Positions 50,926-63,373 of a stretch of 64,000 nucleotides of DNA are shown one piece after another (position 1 is the stretch's first letter; each line of letters opens with the position of its first letter). The position numbers and the translations under genes were made by a program. A model generated the notes under the pieces. That model worked only from the letters and a program-made list of their open reading frames with translations, did no database searches and was not told where the DNA came from. This stretch comes from Lama glama (taxonomy: Eukaryota), in contig CM052816.1 of assembly GCA_028534125.1 (NCBI GenBank), positions 63,800,001 to 63,864,000 of the forward strand, written 5' to 3'.

Positions 50926-52329
50926 TGGATTATCTCATTTAAGACCCAGCTAACAGAGTCTGAATCCTTATTCCATAAGCCATTGGAATTTCACTCTGCT
51001 ACTGGGTTCTACCTGCCAAGTAACTTCTGGGAACTCCTCAGCCATGCTTCCACTGTTACACCAGTCCCTCCTGGAGGTCAGCTGTCACCTCGACCCACCG
51101 TCTCTTCTCTACATCAGACCCAGTAGGTAAGTCAGCTCTTATAGCCCATATTTGACTTCCCTAAACTGCATCAGCTCTCTCCACTCTGCTCTGCTGTATT
51201 CCAGGTTGGACACATAAAGCTCTATTAACCCCACAGAGTACACAAAGACTAAACAGTGGTCTCTAACAGAATTCTACAGACAGCCTGGGGACACTGCAGG
51301 GGATACTAGAAGAGAATTAAACCCAAGAGAGGAAAACTTAAATGCTCACCGTATTCCTGCCTCTAGACCATGCCCTTTAATAAGTGGTTTCCTTCTGGCT
51401 ATAACACTTTTCTTGGACTCCTCAGCCTGCTGTAACATTTTCAGTGGCCAGCCCACAGTGGCAGTGCATTTCCACATCCCTCCTACTCAAGAGGACAGAT
51501 TTGCTCCTGGCATTCAAGAGAAGGGAGCTGCCTCCCTCCCTCAGCTTTACAGCCTTTTTCTTCAGGAGAAAATTCAACTCTCACCCACAGTGTGTGGTCT
51601 TGTCTTAAGAGTTCAGACAGGACAATCACAAAACTTGACATTCGATTTCCCAGAATCAAGATTATACCACCTGAAATAACACTGCATGTGGGCTTTTGGT
51701 CCAGAGTAGATGTTGGCATTTCCCATCTGGTTCCCTTTAGGTCCCTGCCCCCAGCTTAAGGTAAAGAGATGCCTCCCTATCTAGCCTGTCATCATCTGGT
51801 TTCTGCTCCTGATCTCCTGTAAGTAACTTTAGGATGGAACCCATGTGTACGTGTGCATACACACACAAACACGCAAACACAAACAAAGAGCAAAAAGTAA
51901 TTTACAGAGATAATTAAATTAAAAATCACATTTAGGAAAAAATCTTTTCAAAGGTACAACTCACTAAAAATTACACCAATTTGCATTTCTAAACAAAATA
52001 TGTTACATGTCTGAGTGAGGCATTTACATCTAGGTTAATGGGTGACAATCTTCAAAAATGATGTGTACATGTTTGCTTTACCTTTGGGTCAAAAAATGAT
52101 CCTTTCTAATTATTTTCTTAAAACGAAATCTTTTGCAAAGATAAATTGATGTCTTTACTGATACAGATACAAAATTGCTAGCAACTTTAAAGGACACCTG
52201 ACTAGTTTTAAAATAAATGTCTGTCCCATCAGCTATCTTGCTACCTTTGGGACTGGTGCATAGGAGAAGGAACGGAGAGATGTAGCTGGCTGTCGTATTA
52301 TAAGGAATTTTATGATTGCAGGCTTAAAT

Positions 52330-53075
52330 TAAAAATAAAGAAAAATTTCAGTCATGTAACTGAAAAGTCATGTAACTAAAGCATTCTAGTCCAATAGAAA
52401 TTTAATCTGAGCCACATATGTAATTTTAAATTTTCTAGTAGCCACATTAAATAAGTCAGAAAAAGGCAAAATAAATTTTAATTATAATGTGTTTTATTCA
52501 ATCTGATATATCCAAAATATACTAAGATGCATTTATGTTCTATATAAACATAAGACATATTAAAATATATAATGTGTTTGATAGCTCGTGGCTCATGGCT
52601 ACCAAACTGGAGCCCGTAGGTCTAGAGGCATGGCTGGATACAAAGATTCAAATTAGGCATCAGGACCCATTTCTCCCCCTGGTTTTGCTATGCTACATCT
52701 TCTCTGCTGGCTTCATTCTAAAAGATGCTCTCTCCTTGTGGTGGCAAAATGGCTATAGCAGCCACAAGGTACAACTTTTCAAATTTAGGTCTCATAGCAA
52801 AAGGAACTTCTCTCTCCCCAACAGTGAGAACAGAGGTCCTGAACCTGTCAGCCATGTGTCCATTCCTGAAGCCATTCCTAGAGCAAGGAGAGTAGAATGA
52901 AGACCCAGGTCACAGGACCACCCCTGTGGTCCCTTGAAACCACATACATGAGAAGAAGGACAGGGGAAGGTGCTCAGAGGAAAAGCAGGTGCTATCACCA
53001 GAAAAGTGGCTGGTGCAGGGCAGAAAATACCGAAACAGAAGCAAATGAAGACATCAGATGTCCTCTCCAAGAATC
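52330..53075. mobile_element. Old MLT1-type LTR interrupted by a MER33-like element (~52380-52625)
   Basis: LTR 'tcatgtaactgaaaagtc' resumes at 'ggcatggctggatacaaagattcaaa...ggcttcattct'; the insert has the MER33 motif 'gtccaatagaaat...gagccacatatgtaattttaaattttctagtagccacatt'. Confidence 0.7.
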
Positions 53076-53119
53076 AGCAGAGTGCAGATGGTTACTGAAA
53101 CCCAGGTGTTGATGAAACT

Positions 53120-53565
53120 TCTCAAAGATGTGTGGAGAGAGGGTGAGGAGAGCAGAGCCCTGAAGGACTTCCATGTCCCAGGGATGACCAGAGAGAGAGG
53201 AGACTGAAAGGTGGGGAGAGGAGGAGCCATGAGACTGATGAAAGGAAGATGGGGAGGCTGCTAACTGACAGAAGCCAAAGTGAGAAACTGTCCCGAGTGG
53301 ATGGCATTTAAGGCAGCCAAGAATCAAGCAAGATAAGTACCAAGAAGTGTTCAATAGACTGAATGAAACACAGGCCTTTCTGGCCTCGGAAGAGCAGTTT
53401 TGGTGCAGCAATGGGGCAGAAGGCAGACAGCAACTGCTTGAGGGGAGGTCCTGTGAGAGGTAGGGAAATGCAGTCAAAGTGTGAGAATGCTTTCAAGAAG
53501 TTTGGGTGCAAATAGAAGGAAACTTCTAAGAAGGCTGCTTGAGGAGGCTGCCGTGTTGAGGAAGG
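53120..53565 (-). mobile_element. L2 fragment
   Basis: 'cagagccctgaaggacttccatg...gagactgatgaaagga...gagcagttttggtgcagcaatggggcagaaggcagac'. Confidence 0.7.
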
Positions 53566-55804
53566 ATTTATTACATACACTGTATATAATTGATTTCAGC
53601 ACAAATATTTTGACAGTAAACTGGAATAATATGTGGTCCAGTGTAGAAATGGGTTTGACTGTCAAATATACTACCAGTTACTTGGCTTCCTTGCCTTGGT
53701 CTTCTCATCTGTAAAATGGAAGCAATGACACAGATTTCATAGGTATCTGAGAAGCATTACCTGAGACAATGAGTGTAAAAGTGTTCAGTAAGTGTCATTA
53801 TCATCACTGTTCCCCTTCATTGGCCATTGGTGAACGAACCATACTGTTTCTTATTTCGGTGCTTATTTTGGCTTAGAATGTTTCTTCCCTTCTACCATCA
53901 GCCCAGTGAACTCTTGCTCACCCTGCAAGACCAAAACAAGAGTGACTTTTTCTCTGTTGCTTGTCTGTCCCTCTGCCCACAGATGCCCATACCACAGGTG
54001 AAGCAGAGCTTTGCTGTCCTTGTTTTCTGCTGCCTTTGAATCCGCTTCTGTATGCTGACCCACACTGCCCATCTCCAATGCAGATCCCTGCTGGGCACCT
54101 ACCAGCGAGGCCACTTTCTTGTACTAAAGTGCATGTACTACCTCAGGGATCCCAGACAGGTATCAAGTCTCCCTGCCTGTAACTAGGAATTCAGTCTTCG
54201 CAATTCAGGGACCTTCCCTTTTGAACTATTCAGACTTCATCATTTGCATTTCTCTTTCTAGCTTTTTCTGTTCCTATTGGTGACAGCACAATTCTTGCAA
54301 CACTGAAAAGCTGGAGGTACAATTCTCCATGTGTTGCCTTCAGATGACAAATGTATTCTGCTGATGCCTTGGGCAAAAACGCCTTCTCCAAAATACCACT
54401 GTCTGTGAACACTTCCTCCTACAAAACTCTAGCTGCGGTTACAGGGCGAGGGATTTTATGGACAGAAAGTTGAGTTTCTCTCTTCCAGATTACTCAGAAG
54501 TTCACTCCTCTGTGGTTGCTTTCTGTAATCCACTCTGTAATGCAGCTCACTCGAGTCCTTCCTGCTCCTTCCACCCCCATCTTAGCTTCTGCAGCTGGAG
54601 TTAGATCTGCTCACTGCCTTCTCAGCAGCTTTTGTTACTTAACTCTTTCCTGTCATCTTGTATGTGATGCCAGTTACTTGCCTGTGGCACAGAGGAGGTG
54701 TAACAGGCTCAAGGAGGATTCTGACTTTGTATTTTGTATAATGTCTTCATGTCCACCTTCTTTCAACACATCCTACTTTTATAATTCATTTAAACTACAA
54801 GAATAAGAAAGGTCTTTTTTCTGACTCTGACTTTCTCTGTACATCCCTCCCACTTGGGGCAAAACTAAGTGTAATGTTTTTCTGCATTTCTGTCCCCCGG
54901 AAGCTGGCGTGCAGCTGTGCAGTGGGGGCAGAGGGTTAAATCCTGAGAAGTAACAATCCTCACTTTTCAAATGATGGTGGCTCTTGAGTGACTTCCTTGG
55001 AAGCTTTGGTACAGAAAAGAAGTTAAGATAGTGGGTTTTAGTTGTTCCCATTTTGTCGATTATTTCAAAATACTGCTATTGAGGTATCATATCATTTCTT
55101 AGAAACTGTTGAGAGAGATGGATGGATTGATCAATGGATAGATACATAGTAAGCTGATAGATAAATAAAAAAATTTTAGACATATCAAATACAGACATAG
55201 GCTGTATTTGTAAGACTAAATATTTTGCTCTTTAGATGTGTTTGACTCCTGATGGGAACTTCTTTATATTCTGGGTTCCCAGAAAGACTCTTTGCTGCTG
55301 CAGAAGCATAGTCCAGAATGCGCTGCACAGTGTCTGGAACATAGCGGAGGCACAGTAAATGTTTATTAGGGGGCCTAATGCTCCATTTGGTCTGCTTAAA
55401 GTTAGAGCCCGCTCCTCTGTGCTCTGTCCTTGTCCATAGACTCCCCCAGCCATGGAGGTAAACCAGAACAGACCGATGGATTTCATCCAGAGTTGTTAAT
55501 CTGTTAACAATTGGCTGTAAAAGTATGCTTATGGAAACAAAATGGGAAAACTAAAAACCAGATTTGCAGTTGCAGTGCAAAGATATAATTGCCATGCGTT
55601 AGCAGAAAGAAGGGCCCCTTGCAGATTGCAAATGTTATTTTAATACATAAGGAAAATGTACTGGCTTTAGTGAATTTGCCTTGGTCATCAGCAAAATGGA
55701 ATTTCTGATTTGGAGCACTAAACTTTATTTTTTTGTTACTGCTGCTGTTCATTTTTTTCATTTAAGCATTTGACCAAAAATGGGCTCCTCACAAACTGAT
55801 CAGG

Positions 55805-55975
55805 CAGTTCTGCCACTTGTGAGCTATGTGGCCTTGGGTAACTCACTTAACTCCCTGATTCTTGATTTCTCATTTGTAAAATGGGTGTGAAAATCTGTAT
55901 CTGTGGGATGAGGTGATGTGTATAGAACATCTAGCAGAGTGCCTGGCACACAGAATAGGAACTCAAAAGTAACAG
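55805..55975 (+). mobile_element. MIR SINE
   Basis: 'ctgccacttgtgagctatgtggccttgggtaactcacttaac...ttctcatttgtaaaatggg...agagtgcctggcaca'. Confidence 0.88.
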
Positions 55976-56026
55976 AATTTGTGGCCATGGCTGCTGCTGC
56001 TTGGTAGTGGGTGGGCTTAAGACTCT

Positions 56027-56415
56027 TGCATTAGTCCTGACTCCAGAGAAACAGAACCAATAGGATATGTGTATATATACATATATATGGAGAGATTTAT
56101 TCTAAGGAATTGGCTCACATAATTATGGAGGCTGGCAAGTCCAAAATCTGCAAGGTGGGCTAGTAGGCTGGAGACCCAGGAAAGAGAGCTGATGCTGCAG
56201 TTCAAGTCCAAAGGCCTTCTGCTGCAGAACTCACCCTTGCTCAGGAGACGTGAGGCCCACCCCCGTGGTGGGGGCCAATCTACGTTACTTAGAGTCCACT
56301 GATTTTAATGTTCTTCTCATCCCAAAACACCCTCACATAAATATCCAGAAAGAGTCTGAACGCAAATCTAGGCACTGTGGTCCAGCCAAGTTGACACATC
56401 AAATAAACCATCATG
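56027..56415 (-). mobile_element. MLT2 solo LTR (antisense)
   Basis: 'tgcattagtc...ctccagagaaacagaaccaatagga...aaggaattggctcac...gccaagttgacacatcaaataaaccatca'. Confidence 0.9.
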
Positions 56416-56419
56416 CCCC

Positions 56420-56680
56420 CTTTCTTTATTACCGGACTCTGCATCAGATGACAGCAGCCTCCTGATGGGTCTCTCTGCTTCCACTCTTGCTTCCTTCCAG
56501 GGCATTTATTAACAGTACCAAGAAACAAAACTTGGATTCCTTCTCTCTCATGCTTAAATTCAATGGCCCCCCACTGCACTTAGAATAAAAGCCAGTGTCT
56601 TATCAGTGCTCTTAAGACATTGCATGACCTGCCCTGCTCTGACCTTGCTTTACTAGAACCATCTGCTGCTGCTCTCCTCC
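56420..56680 (+). mobile_element. L2 fragment (5' part; continues at ~58030)
   Basis: 'cagcctcctgatgggtctctctgcttccactcttgc...tcaatggccccccactgcacttagaataaaa'. Confidence 0.75.
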
Positions 56681-56765
56681 TGTGCTGCTTAAGGTACTGC
56701 CAGCCATGGTGACTGATAAAACCTGGAATCTCAATGACTTAACGCAATACAAGTTTATATTTTAC

Positions 56766-57347
56766 AGTAGTAGGCAGCTTCTGACATGGCTCTCAGAGGT
56801 CCCTGCCTCCTAGAATTCATGCTCTAGTGTAATCCCTTCTCTCTGTGGGCTGGATCTAGTGACTTGCTTCTAATGAACAGAATATGGTAAAAGTGATGGC
56901 ATGTCACTTCCATGATTAGATTGCAAAAGACTGTGACTTCCACGTTGCTAGCACTCTCTGTCTCTCTCTCTCTCTGCGCCACTTTACGTACACTTGCTCT
57001 AATGAAACAAGCTGGAGGGGCCACATGGCAAGGAACTGAGGGCAGCCCCTGGCCAACCACCAGCAAGGAACTGCCTCCCGAAGTCCGGTAGCCCTGAAGG
57101 AACTGAATCCTGTCAGTAACCACAGAAATGAGCCTGGAAGCAGATTCTTCCCTTGTTGAAACTTTAGATGAGACCATGGCTTCAGGCAAATCCTTGATTC
57201 AGGCATTGTTGAGCGATCATAAAGCAGAGGCTTGAACTATGCCACGCCCAGGTTCCTGACTCACAGCAACTGTGATAAGAAATGAGTGTCGTGTGAAGCC
57301 ACTAAGTTTTGGGGTAATTTATTACATAGCAATAGATACCTAGCACA
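56766..57347 (+). mobile_element. MaLR solo LTR (MLT1E/F-like) nested in an older MLT1
   Basis: 'gtaggcagcttctgacatggc...gggctggatctagtgacttgcttctaatgaacagaatatgg...aagccactaagttttggggtaatttattacatagcaatagatacc'. Confidence 0.9.
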
Positions 57348-57469
57348 CTCACATGAGGTACTCAGTTGGCTGGGAACAGGGGCTCTGCTCCACGCAGTCG
57401 TTTAGGAACTTGGGATGGCAGAGACTCTCTTGTTTTCATCAAGTGACTTCAAGGTCTTCCTGGGTGTCA

Positions 57470-57884
57470 GAATTAGGAACTGTACTTCGAATTTTGAATC
57501 GGGTCTTTTCCTGGGCTAGCGTGATATTCTTGTTGACTCTCCTGTGTTGCTGGGCAGCGGTCCGAGTAGCAGCTCCCCATCAACCACTCGATCATGTACA
57601 CACTTACAACCATTCTGCACCCACACAAACACGGTTTTTCACTTTCAGTACAGTATTCAATAAATTATATGAGATATTCAAACTTTATTATAAAATTGGC
57701 TTTGTGTTAGATGATTTTGCCCAACTATAGGCTACTGTAAGTGTTCTGAGATGTGTAAGGTAGGCTAGGCTAAGCTGTGATGTTCAGTAGGTTAGATGTA
57801 TGAAAGGCATTTTTGATGTAAGGTATTTTCAACTTGCGGTGGGTTTATTGGGACGTAACCTCATAGGAGGTTGAGGAAGATCTA
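57470..57884 (-). mobile_element. Tigger5/MER47 (TcMar-Tigger) fragment
   Basis: 'gttagatgattttgcccaactataggct...aggtaggctaggctaagct...gggtttattgggacgtaacc...ttgaggaagatcta|ta' (terminal repeat followed by TA). Confidence 0.85.
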
Positions 57885-58034
57885 TATTATCCTTTGGTCA
57901 CAACTGAGTCACATGGCCTCACCTACAGAGGTGGCCTGGGAAATACAGTCTCTGGTTGGGCAGCCACTTCCTAGTTACAAATCAACCCTGGAACGGGAAG
58001 TTTGATGGAGAGATAGTGGGTCTCAGCCATGTCC

Positions 58035-58430
58035 CCAAACCTGCTTCTTCTAAGTTATATGACATGACAAGCTTTGTCCTCCCCTTAGGGTCTCTGCTCT
58101 TCTTTTTGCATGAAATGTGTTCCCCACATGGTTCGTTCCCTCTCATCTTATAAATCCTGATTTAAATGACACTTCTTTCCTTTGGGCAGGACTTCCTGAA
58201 TGTCCTACATAGAATAGGCTCCCCTCTCCAATATTTTAACCTCCACCCTTTATTTATTTTCATTATAACGCTTCTTACAAGTTGTGATTATCTGCTAGGT
58301 CATTGTTTCTCACTGTCTCCGTTGCTCAAGGGTAAGCTCCCTAGAGGCAGGGGCTGTGTGGGTCCTGTTCATCACTGTATTCTTGTACCTAGCCCCGCAT
58401 CTGGCACTGTGGTTGAGCAAAGGAATAAAC
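58035..58430 (+). mobile_element. L2 3' end
   Basis: 'gtaagctccctagaggcaggggctgtgtgggtcctgttcatcactgtattc...cctagc...tggcac'. Confidence 0.8.
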
Positions 58431-58868
58431 AGCTATAACAGTGCTTTAAAAAGAGTGATGAGACACAGTTTCTGAGAATTAACTGACATAACCAGATAAA
58501 AAGTATTCCCTTCCCAGTACCTCTCAGGAAAACACCTTGACAAACTGTTAGGGGTTGAAGGTAGGGGTTCAGGCAAACCAGGAGAATCAATGGGCTCTGT
58601 ATGAGGCGAGCAGAGGAATTTGGAATTTTACTCTTGGGATGGGGAGAGTGGAGGAGTACAGCAGGTGGAAAGGGAGAGGAAGACCAGTAAGCCAGCGAGG
58701 CATGAACAAGTTGGACGTTTTAGGGGAGTGGTGCAGATGCTGAAAAATTCTCAGTGGCAGGAATTTGGGTGGGAAGTTGTTTACCATGAGAATTGCAAAG
58801 TGCTCCGTAAATGCCCATGAACTATTTTCAGGAGGCTCTACCTTCTTCACATACACTTTATGTGAGTG

Positions 58869-58870
<2 letters not shown>

Positions 58871-58903
<33 letters not shown>
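58871..58903. repeat. (GT)n microsatellite
   Basis: Direct read. Confidence 0.97.
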
Positions 58904-58906
<3 letters not shown>

Positions 58907-61048
58907 ACATGCATCTGTGCACAGGGTCACTCAAAACTAGGAAGGGGGCTGCATTTTCAAACTTCTTGTGTTTTCAGTGACCCACTGCAGGATGGAGACA
59001 GCAGGAATAGAAGTGGGGCTCCAAAGCCAGAGGTCATCCTGAGAATTTAAATCTGAAGTATTCACCAAGATCTTTGTAAAAATTTCAGACTCCCCATGGG
59101 GTGTGGAATAGCTTAAGTTTTCCACACTGAGGTTTAAGGGTCTCAGGGGTGCCAGCTTACATGTTTCGCCAGCCTTCTGATTTTCTACTGTTGCGGTCTT
59201 TACCACCATCAAGCTGATGCCCAACTGGGGAGAACATCTGCCAGCCCCACTTGAATATACATAAGATCATGTATTGAATTGATATATTCCATATATAGGT
59301 TTGACATGTGAAAAATCTCCCTGCATTCTTCTATGTTTCTCTTCTCCATTTACCAGCCCCTCCGGAATACCAGGTATTCATGTCCAGGGCGACCTCAGAA
59401 GGTGCACACTGAACATGGCAGAGTCTCTGTGAGCCCATGCTCCTGGAAGCCTGCATGTTCCAGAGAATTTCAGGTGTCGATGAAAAACTTTTCACAAAGA
59501 ATAAGAAAGGTAAATATTAAACTGTCACCGATCTGAGACTTACATACTTACAGGAGATAAAAGACACAGCCATATAAAAACACTAACAAGCCACACTTTT
59601 GGTTAATAGTGACCCAAGAGCCTTTGAAACTAGAGGGACCCGCTTCTTGACTATCTTATCCCCCAATCCATCAGCCCATTGTAAGTGAACCATTTCCAAA
59701 GTTCTGTTCAAGACAATTCAGTAGGTGAGAACTCCTCTCTGATTGGGTTTATAGTTCCAGCTCTGGGAGGAGGTCAGAGTCTCCCCAGCGTCTTCTACAG
59801 AGAGCAATGAGATAAGGAAATGAAATGGTTCTATGTGCTGCCAGAGTAAACTTCTTGCAGAATTCTGGAGGCCGAAAGGATGGAAGCAATTGTTAGCCAT
59901 TGTCATTTCCCCTCATGCAGACACGCTGGGAGTCTTTGCAGGGGGCAGTGAAGTCAGCAAGATTTGCTCAGTCCCAAGACATCTGGACCAGGATAGAGAA
60001 ATGCCACACCACTCCAGGATGGAGGAAGAGCGGAAGCCACAGTAGCATCTTTAGTACGAAAGCAGTGGCTTCTGGTGGGTCGAAAGCCCCACACAAACTG
60101 CAAGGTGAACAACTCAAGAGTGATTTCCTTAGAGTCCAAGGGCACAACAGACTTTGCCTTTTCCATAAAAAGTCTTCATGCCTCTAGAGAAGGGATCCTA
60201 TTTAATTTTTTCTCTTGATATGTGCACCTTGTGGAGAGAGCTATGCCATATCCTCTCCTTGTTAAATAAAACACCTTGAAGGAAGCTTGGCAGAATTTGG
60301 TTCGAGAACATCTTTTTGGAAGCGGAATTGTGAGTTAAAGTCAAAGGAAAGAAGCAGTGCTTCTCCAAAATTCAGTTCCAGGAAAGCATTTATCTTCATC
60401 ACTCTAATCTAGACTCTCGGTTTGTGCTTAGGAAAGACAGATGTGTCCTGCAGGTCTCCCCGCCCTCACGTGACGAAGGCGGCAGTGCATCATACCTGGC
60501 TTGTGAACAAACAGAGAATATCAGCTTCCATTTCACAAATACATCCATTCACTTGCAGGATTTTTTTCCTCTGGCTGAGGGAGCAAAATGCCCATTACAG
60601 TGTATTCTCTGTGTCCCCAGGCTTTAATATATCTTGGAGAAGCTCTCCTCAGCATTCCACATTATAAAATCAATCTCTATTTAAGTAAGAGGAGGATATT
60701 TATTTCTTAATTTTTTAATAATGTATTTTGTGATTTGTTATAGCTTCAGTGTTGTATTATTTATTTATTGTGCCTATAGGGTGCACTGCCACTTGGTAAT
60801 AGAGGAGCTTTGGAAACTTGAGACCTAAGCAGAAATGAGTTCAATAATATTGCTACACTCTAGGACTTTATCCAAAATTAACAAAAGGACAAAAGTGCAA
60901 GGCAATGATAACCCATCTGACAACATTTGGGGAGAGTTTGTGAAAGCAACGGTGATGGGGATTTTAAAAGAATGGCAGGTAAGGGGAAGTGACGAATGGA
61001 TTTTTAAAAATTTCATAAGCCTCATGAAACTGGATTTACTGTGTTCTT

Positions 61049-61050
<2 letters not shown>

Positions 61051-61085
<35 letters not shown>
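61051..61085. repeat. (TG)n microsatellite
   Basis: Direct read. Confidence 0.97.
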
Positions 61086-61088
<3 letters not shown>

Positions 61089-61993
61089 AATTTAATATTT
61101 AACAAGGAAAAAGCTGTCCAGTGGCTTGATTGAACTTAGATGTTTCCCCTCATCCTCTTGCAAATTACATAGGCAGGAATGGTGATAAATGTAGCTTGGG
61201 ACAGAGAGGCCCTCACTTTGACTCCAAGGACAATTTGTTGAAAAGAAGGGAGATCTTCAAATAGAAAAAGGGAGATCATTTTGTTTATTTTTGTTATTTG
61301 TTAAACAGCATAAATTGTGCTTCTTATACTTAACTTTGTCTCCCAAAGTTAAAGCAGTAGGAAGTAAATTCTCTAATGTACATAGACAAGATGTCATAAA
61401 AATTGGGAACATTTAGATAAAAATCAGGGTTAAATTGACATGTTTAACTCAGAAGATTTCTATACCTGTAAGACATTACTCAAGCCCTATTACTAATGAT
61501 ATGATACTATTAGGACCAATGCTCTCCAACAATGTAGATTTCTTTAATCTCTTGTTAATCCTGATGTGCATTTCAGGAAAATTATATCATGCTGATGACA
61601 CTATTTGATGTTAAGCAATAAATAAGGGCAGCAAAGGACACTTGCCCTTGGTGGAAAGATGCCATCTTTAGTCAGTCAGGCAGTCAGCCGGCCTGTCAAC
61701 AACGTTTATTGAGTGCCTAATGAGAGAGGGTGCCACGAGACAGAGAGGAGACATGGGCTCTGGCCCTGAGGGGCAGCCAGGACAATGATGGAGTCAGAGA
61801 AGAGGTGGAGGCATGCCTATGGAGAGCTGGAGAAGCAGCGTCTCCTCAAGGGCCATGCAGAGGATGGACCCCTCACCTTTGTTGAGCCCCTGTGGCCCAG
61901 CAGCCTGGGTTGCTCCATGGTCCTTTTTTATCAGTGAGCTCACTGGATACTCAAACAATCCTGTAAGGGAAGCTGGCTTATGTTTTCCAAGTT

Positions 61994-62410
61994 ACATCAC
62001 AAAAAATAAAATACTCTGGAATAAACCTAAACAAGGAGGTGAAAGACTTATATGCAGAGAACTATAAAACACTGATAAGGAAATTAAAGACAATTTAAAG
62101 AAATGGAAAGATATCCCAAGCTCTTGGACTGAAAGAATCAGTGTTGTCAAAATGGCCATACTACCCAAAGCAATCTACAGATTTAATGCAATCCCTACCA
62201 AATTACCCAGGACATTTTTCACAGAACTAGAACAAATAATCCTAAAATTTACGTTGAATCACAAAAGACCCAGAATCACCAAAGCAATACTGAAGAAAAA
62301 GAATGAAGCTGGAGGAATGATGCTCCTAGACTTCAAACAATACTACAGAGCTACAGTAATCTAAGCAGTGTGGTATGGGCACAAAAACAGACATATGGAT
62401 CAATGGATCA
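61994..62410 (+). mobile_element. Young L1 ORF2 fragment (post-RT region)
   Basis: ORF 62152..62364 '[33 protein letters not shown]...[16 protein letters not shown]...[11 protein letters not shown]' is canonical L1 ORF2p sequence. Confidence 0.97.
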
Positions 62411-62516
62411 AGATACTGAATATAGTTCCCTGTGCTATACAGTATGAACTTCTTGTTTATCTGTTTCATATATATTAATTAGTATATGCAAATCTCAAAC
62501 TCCCAGTTTATCCCTT
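62411..62516 (-). mobile_element. L1 3' UTR fragment, antisense (cetartiodactyl-type)
   Basis: Reverse complement reads 'gggataaactgggagtttgagatttgca...ctgtatagcacagggaactatattcagtatct'. Confidence 0.88.
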
Positions 62517-62639
62517 GCAAGTGGCCAACCCAGCCTCTGGAAGACTGGGAGGACCATCACACTCCCCAGCTCTCCCTCCAGCTCTTCTCTGCTCCGTGCT
62601 CCAGGTGGATGGGCTGAACCACTGCCAATCCCCCAGTAA

Positions 62640-62950
62640 TCCTCAGCCTCTCTTGATTCCAGGTTTCTTCAAATGCTGCCACTCAGCCTTGAATGCTACT
62701 CCCTCCATCATGAGGTCCCCCTGCACCCCAGGTCTTAGTGGAGTGCCCTTCCCATGTCCTCCCCAGCTTCCTGCACTCATGCCCCCTGAGCACTTCTTAT
62801 GGTGTGTAACTCCCTGTTCAGTCACTTGTCTTCCCAACAGACTGCAGACTCCATAAAAACAGGACCGTGATGGTTTCGTTGTCATATCCCCATGTATACC
62901 AAGTGTCCAGCATGCAGTAGATGCTAAATGTAATTTTTACTGAATGCATA
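62640..62950 (+). mobile_element. L2 3' end
   Basis: 'cccaacagactgcagactccataaaaacaggacc...tatcccc...cagcatgcagtagatgct...tgaatg'. Confidence 0.7.
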
Positions 62951-63200
62951 ATAAATAAGCTAAAAACGGAATATTCAGGATTTGCAGCAATGCCTATCCA
63001 AGAATAGAGGAATGACCCAGGGCTTCGTTTGTGGGAGTTAGACAAAAGGTGACTCTTTTTTGAAAACAAATCCCACCTCCAAATTAGGGCGCACTGTGTA
63101 TGAACTGGATTTCAGTCCTCACTGACCCCTCCCTCAGGTGTCCTGTTGCAGTGAACAACCTGCCCACACATGTACCACAGACCTGGAAGGATCTTTATAC

Positions 63201-63373
63201 CAGTAGTTTTCAACTCGCCACATGTTGGAAAAACCTGGTTGTTCTTTGAAAATATCCCTGCCCAAGCCCTACTCTCAGAGATTCAGATTTAACTGGTCCT
63301 GGGACACTAGTTATTTTTAAAACCACCCCCTAACCCACTACTCCAGATATTGCAGCCTGGGCTGAGAACTACA
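63201..63373. mobile_element. MER5A-like hAT-Charlie MITE
   Basis: Termini 'cagtagttttcaac' and 'gggctgagaactacag'; internal 'cagagattcagatttaactggtc'. Confidence 0.75.

Noticed and set aside
52995..53477. Longest ORF in the track (160 aa)
   Set aside because: It overlaps decayed L2/MLT1 sequence and has the S/L/P-rich composition typical of pyrimidine-rich repeat strands
62152..62364. ORF as a host gene
   Set aside because: It is an L1 ORF2 fragment ending at a premature stop
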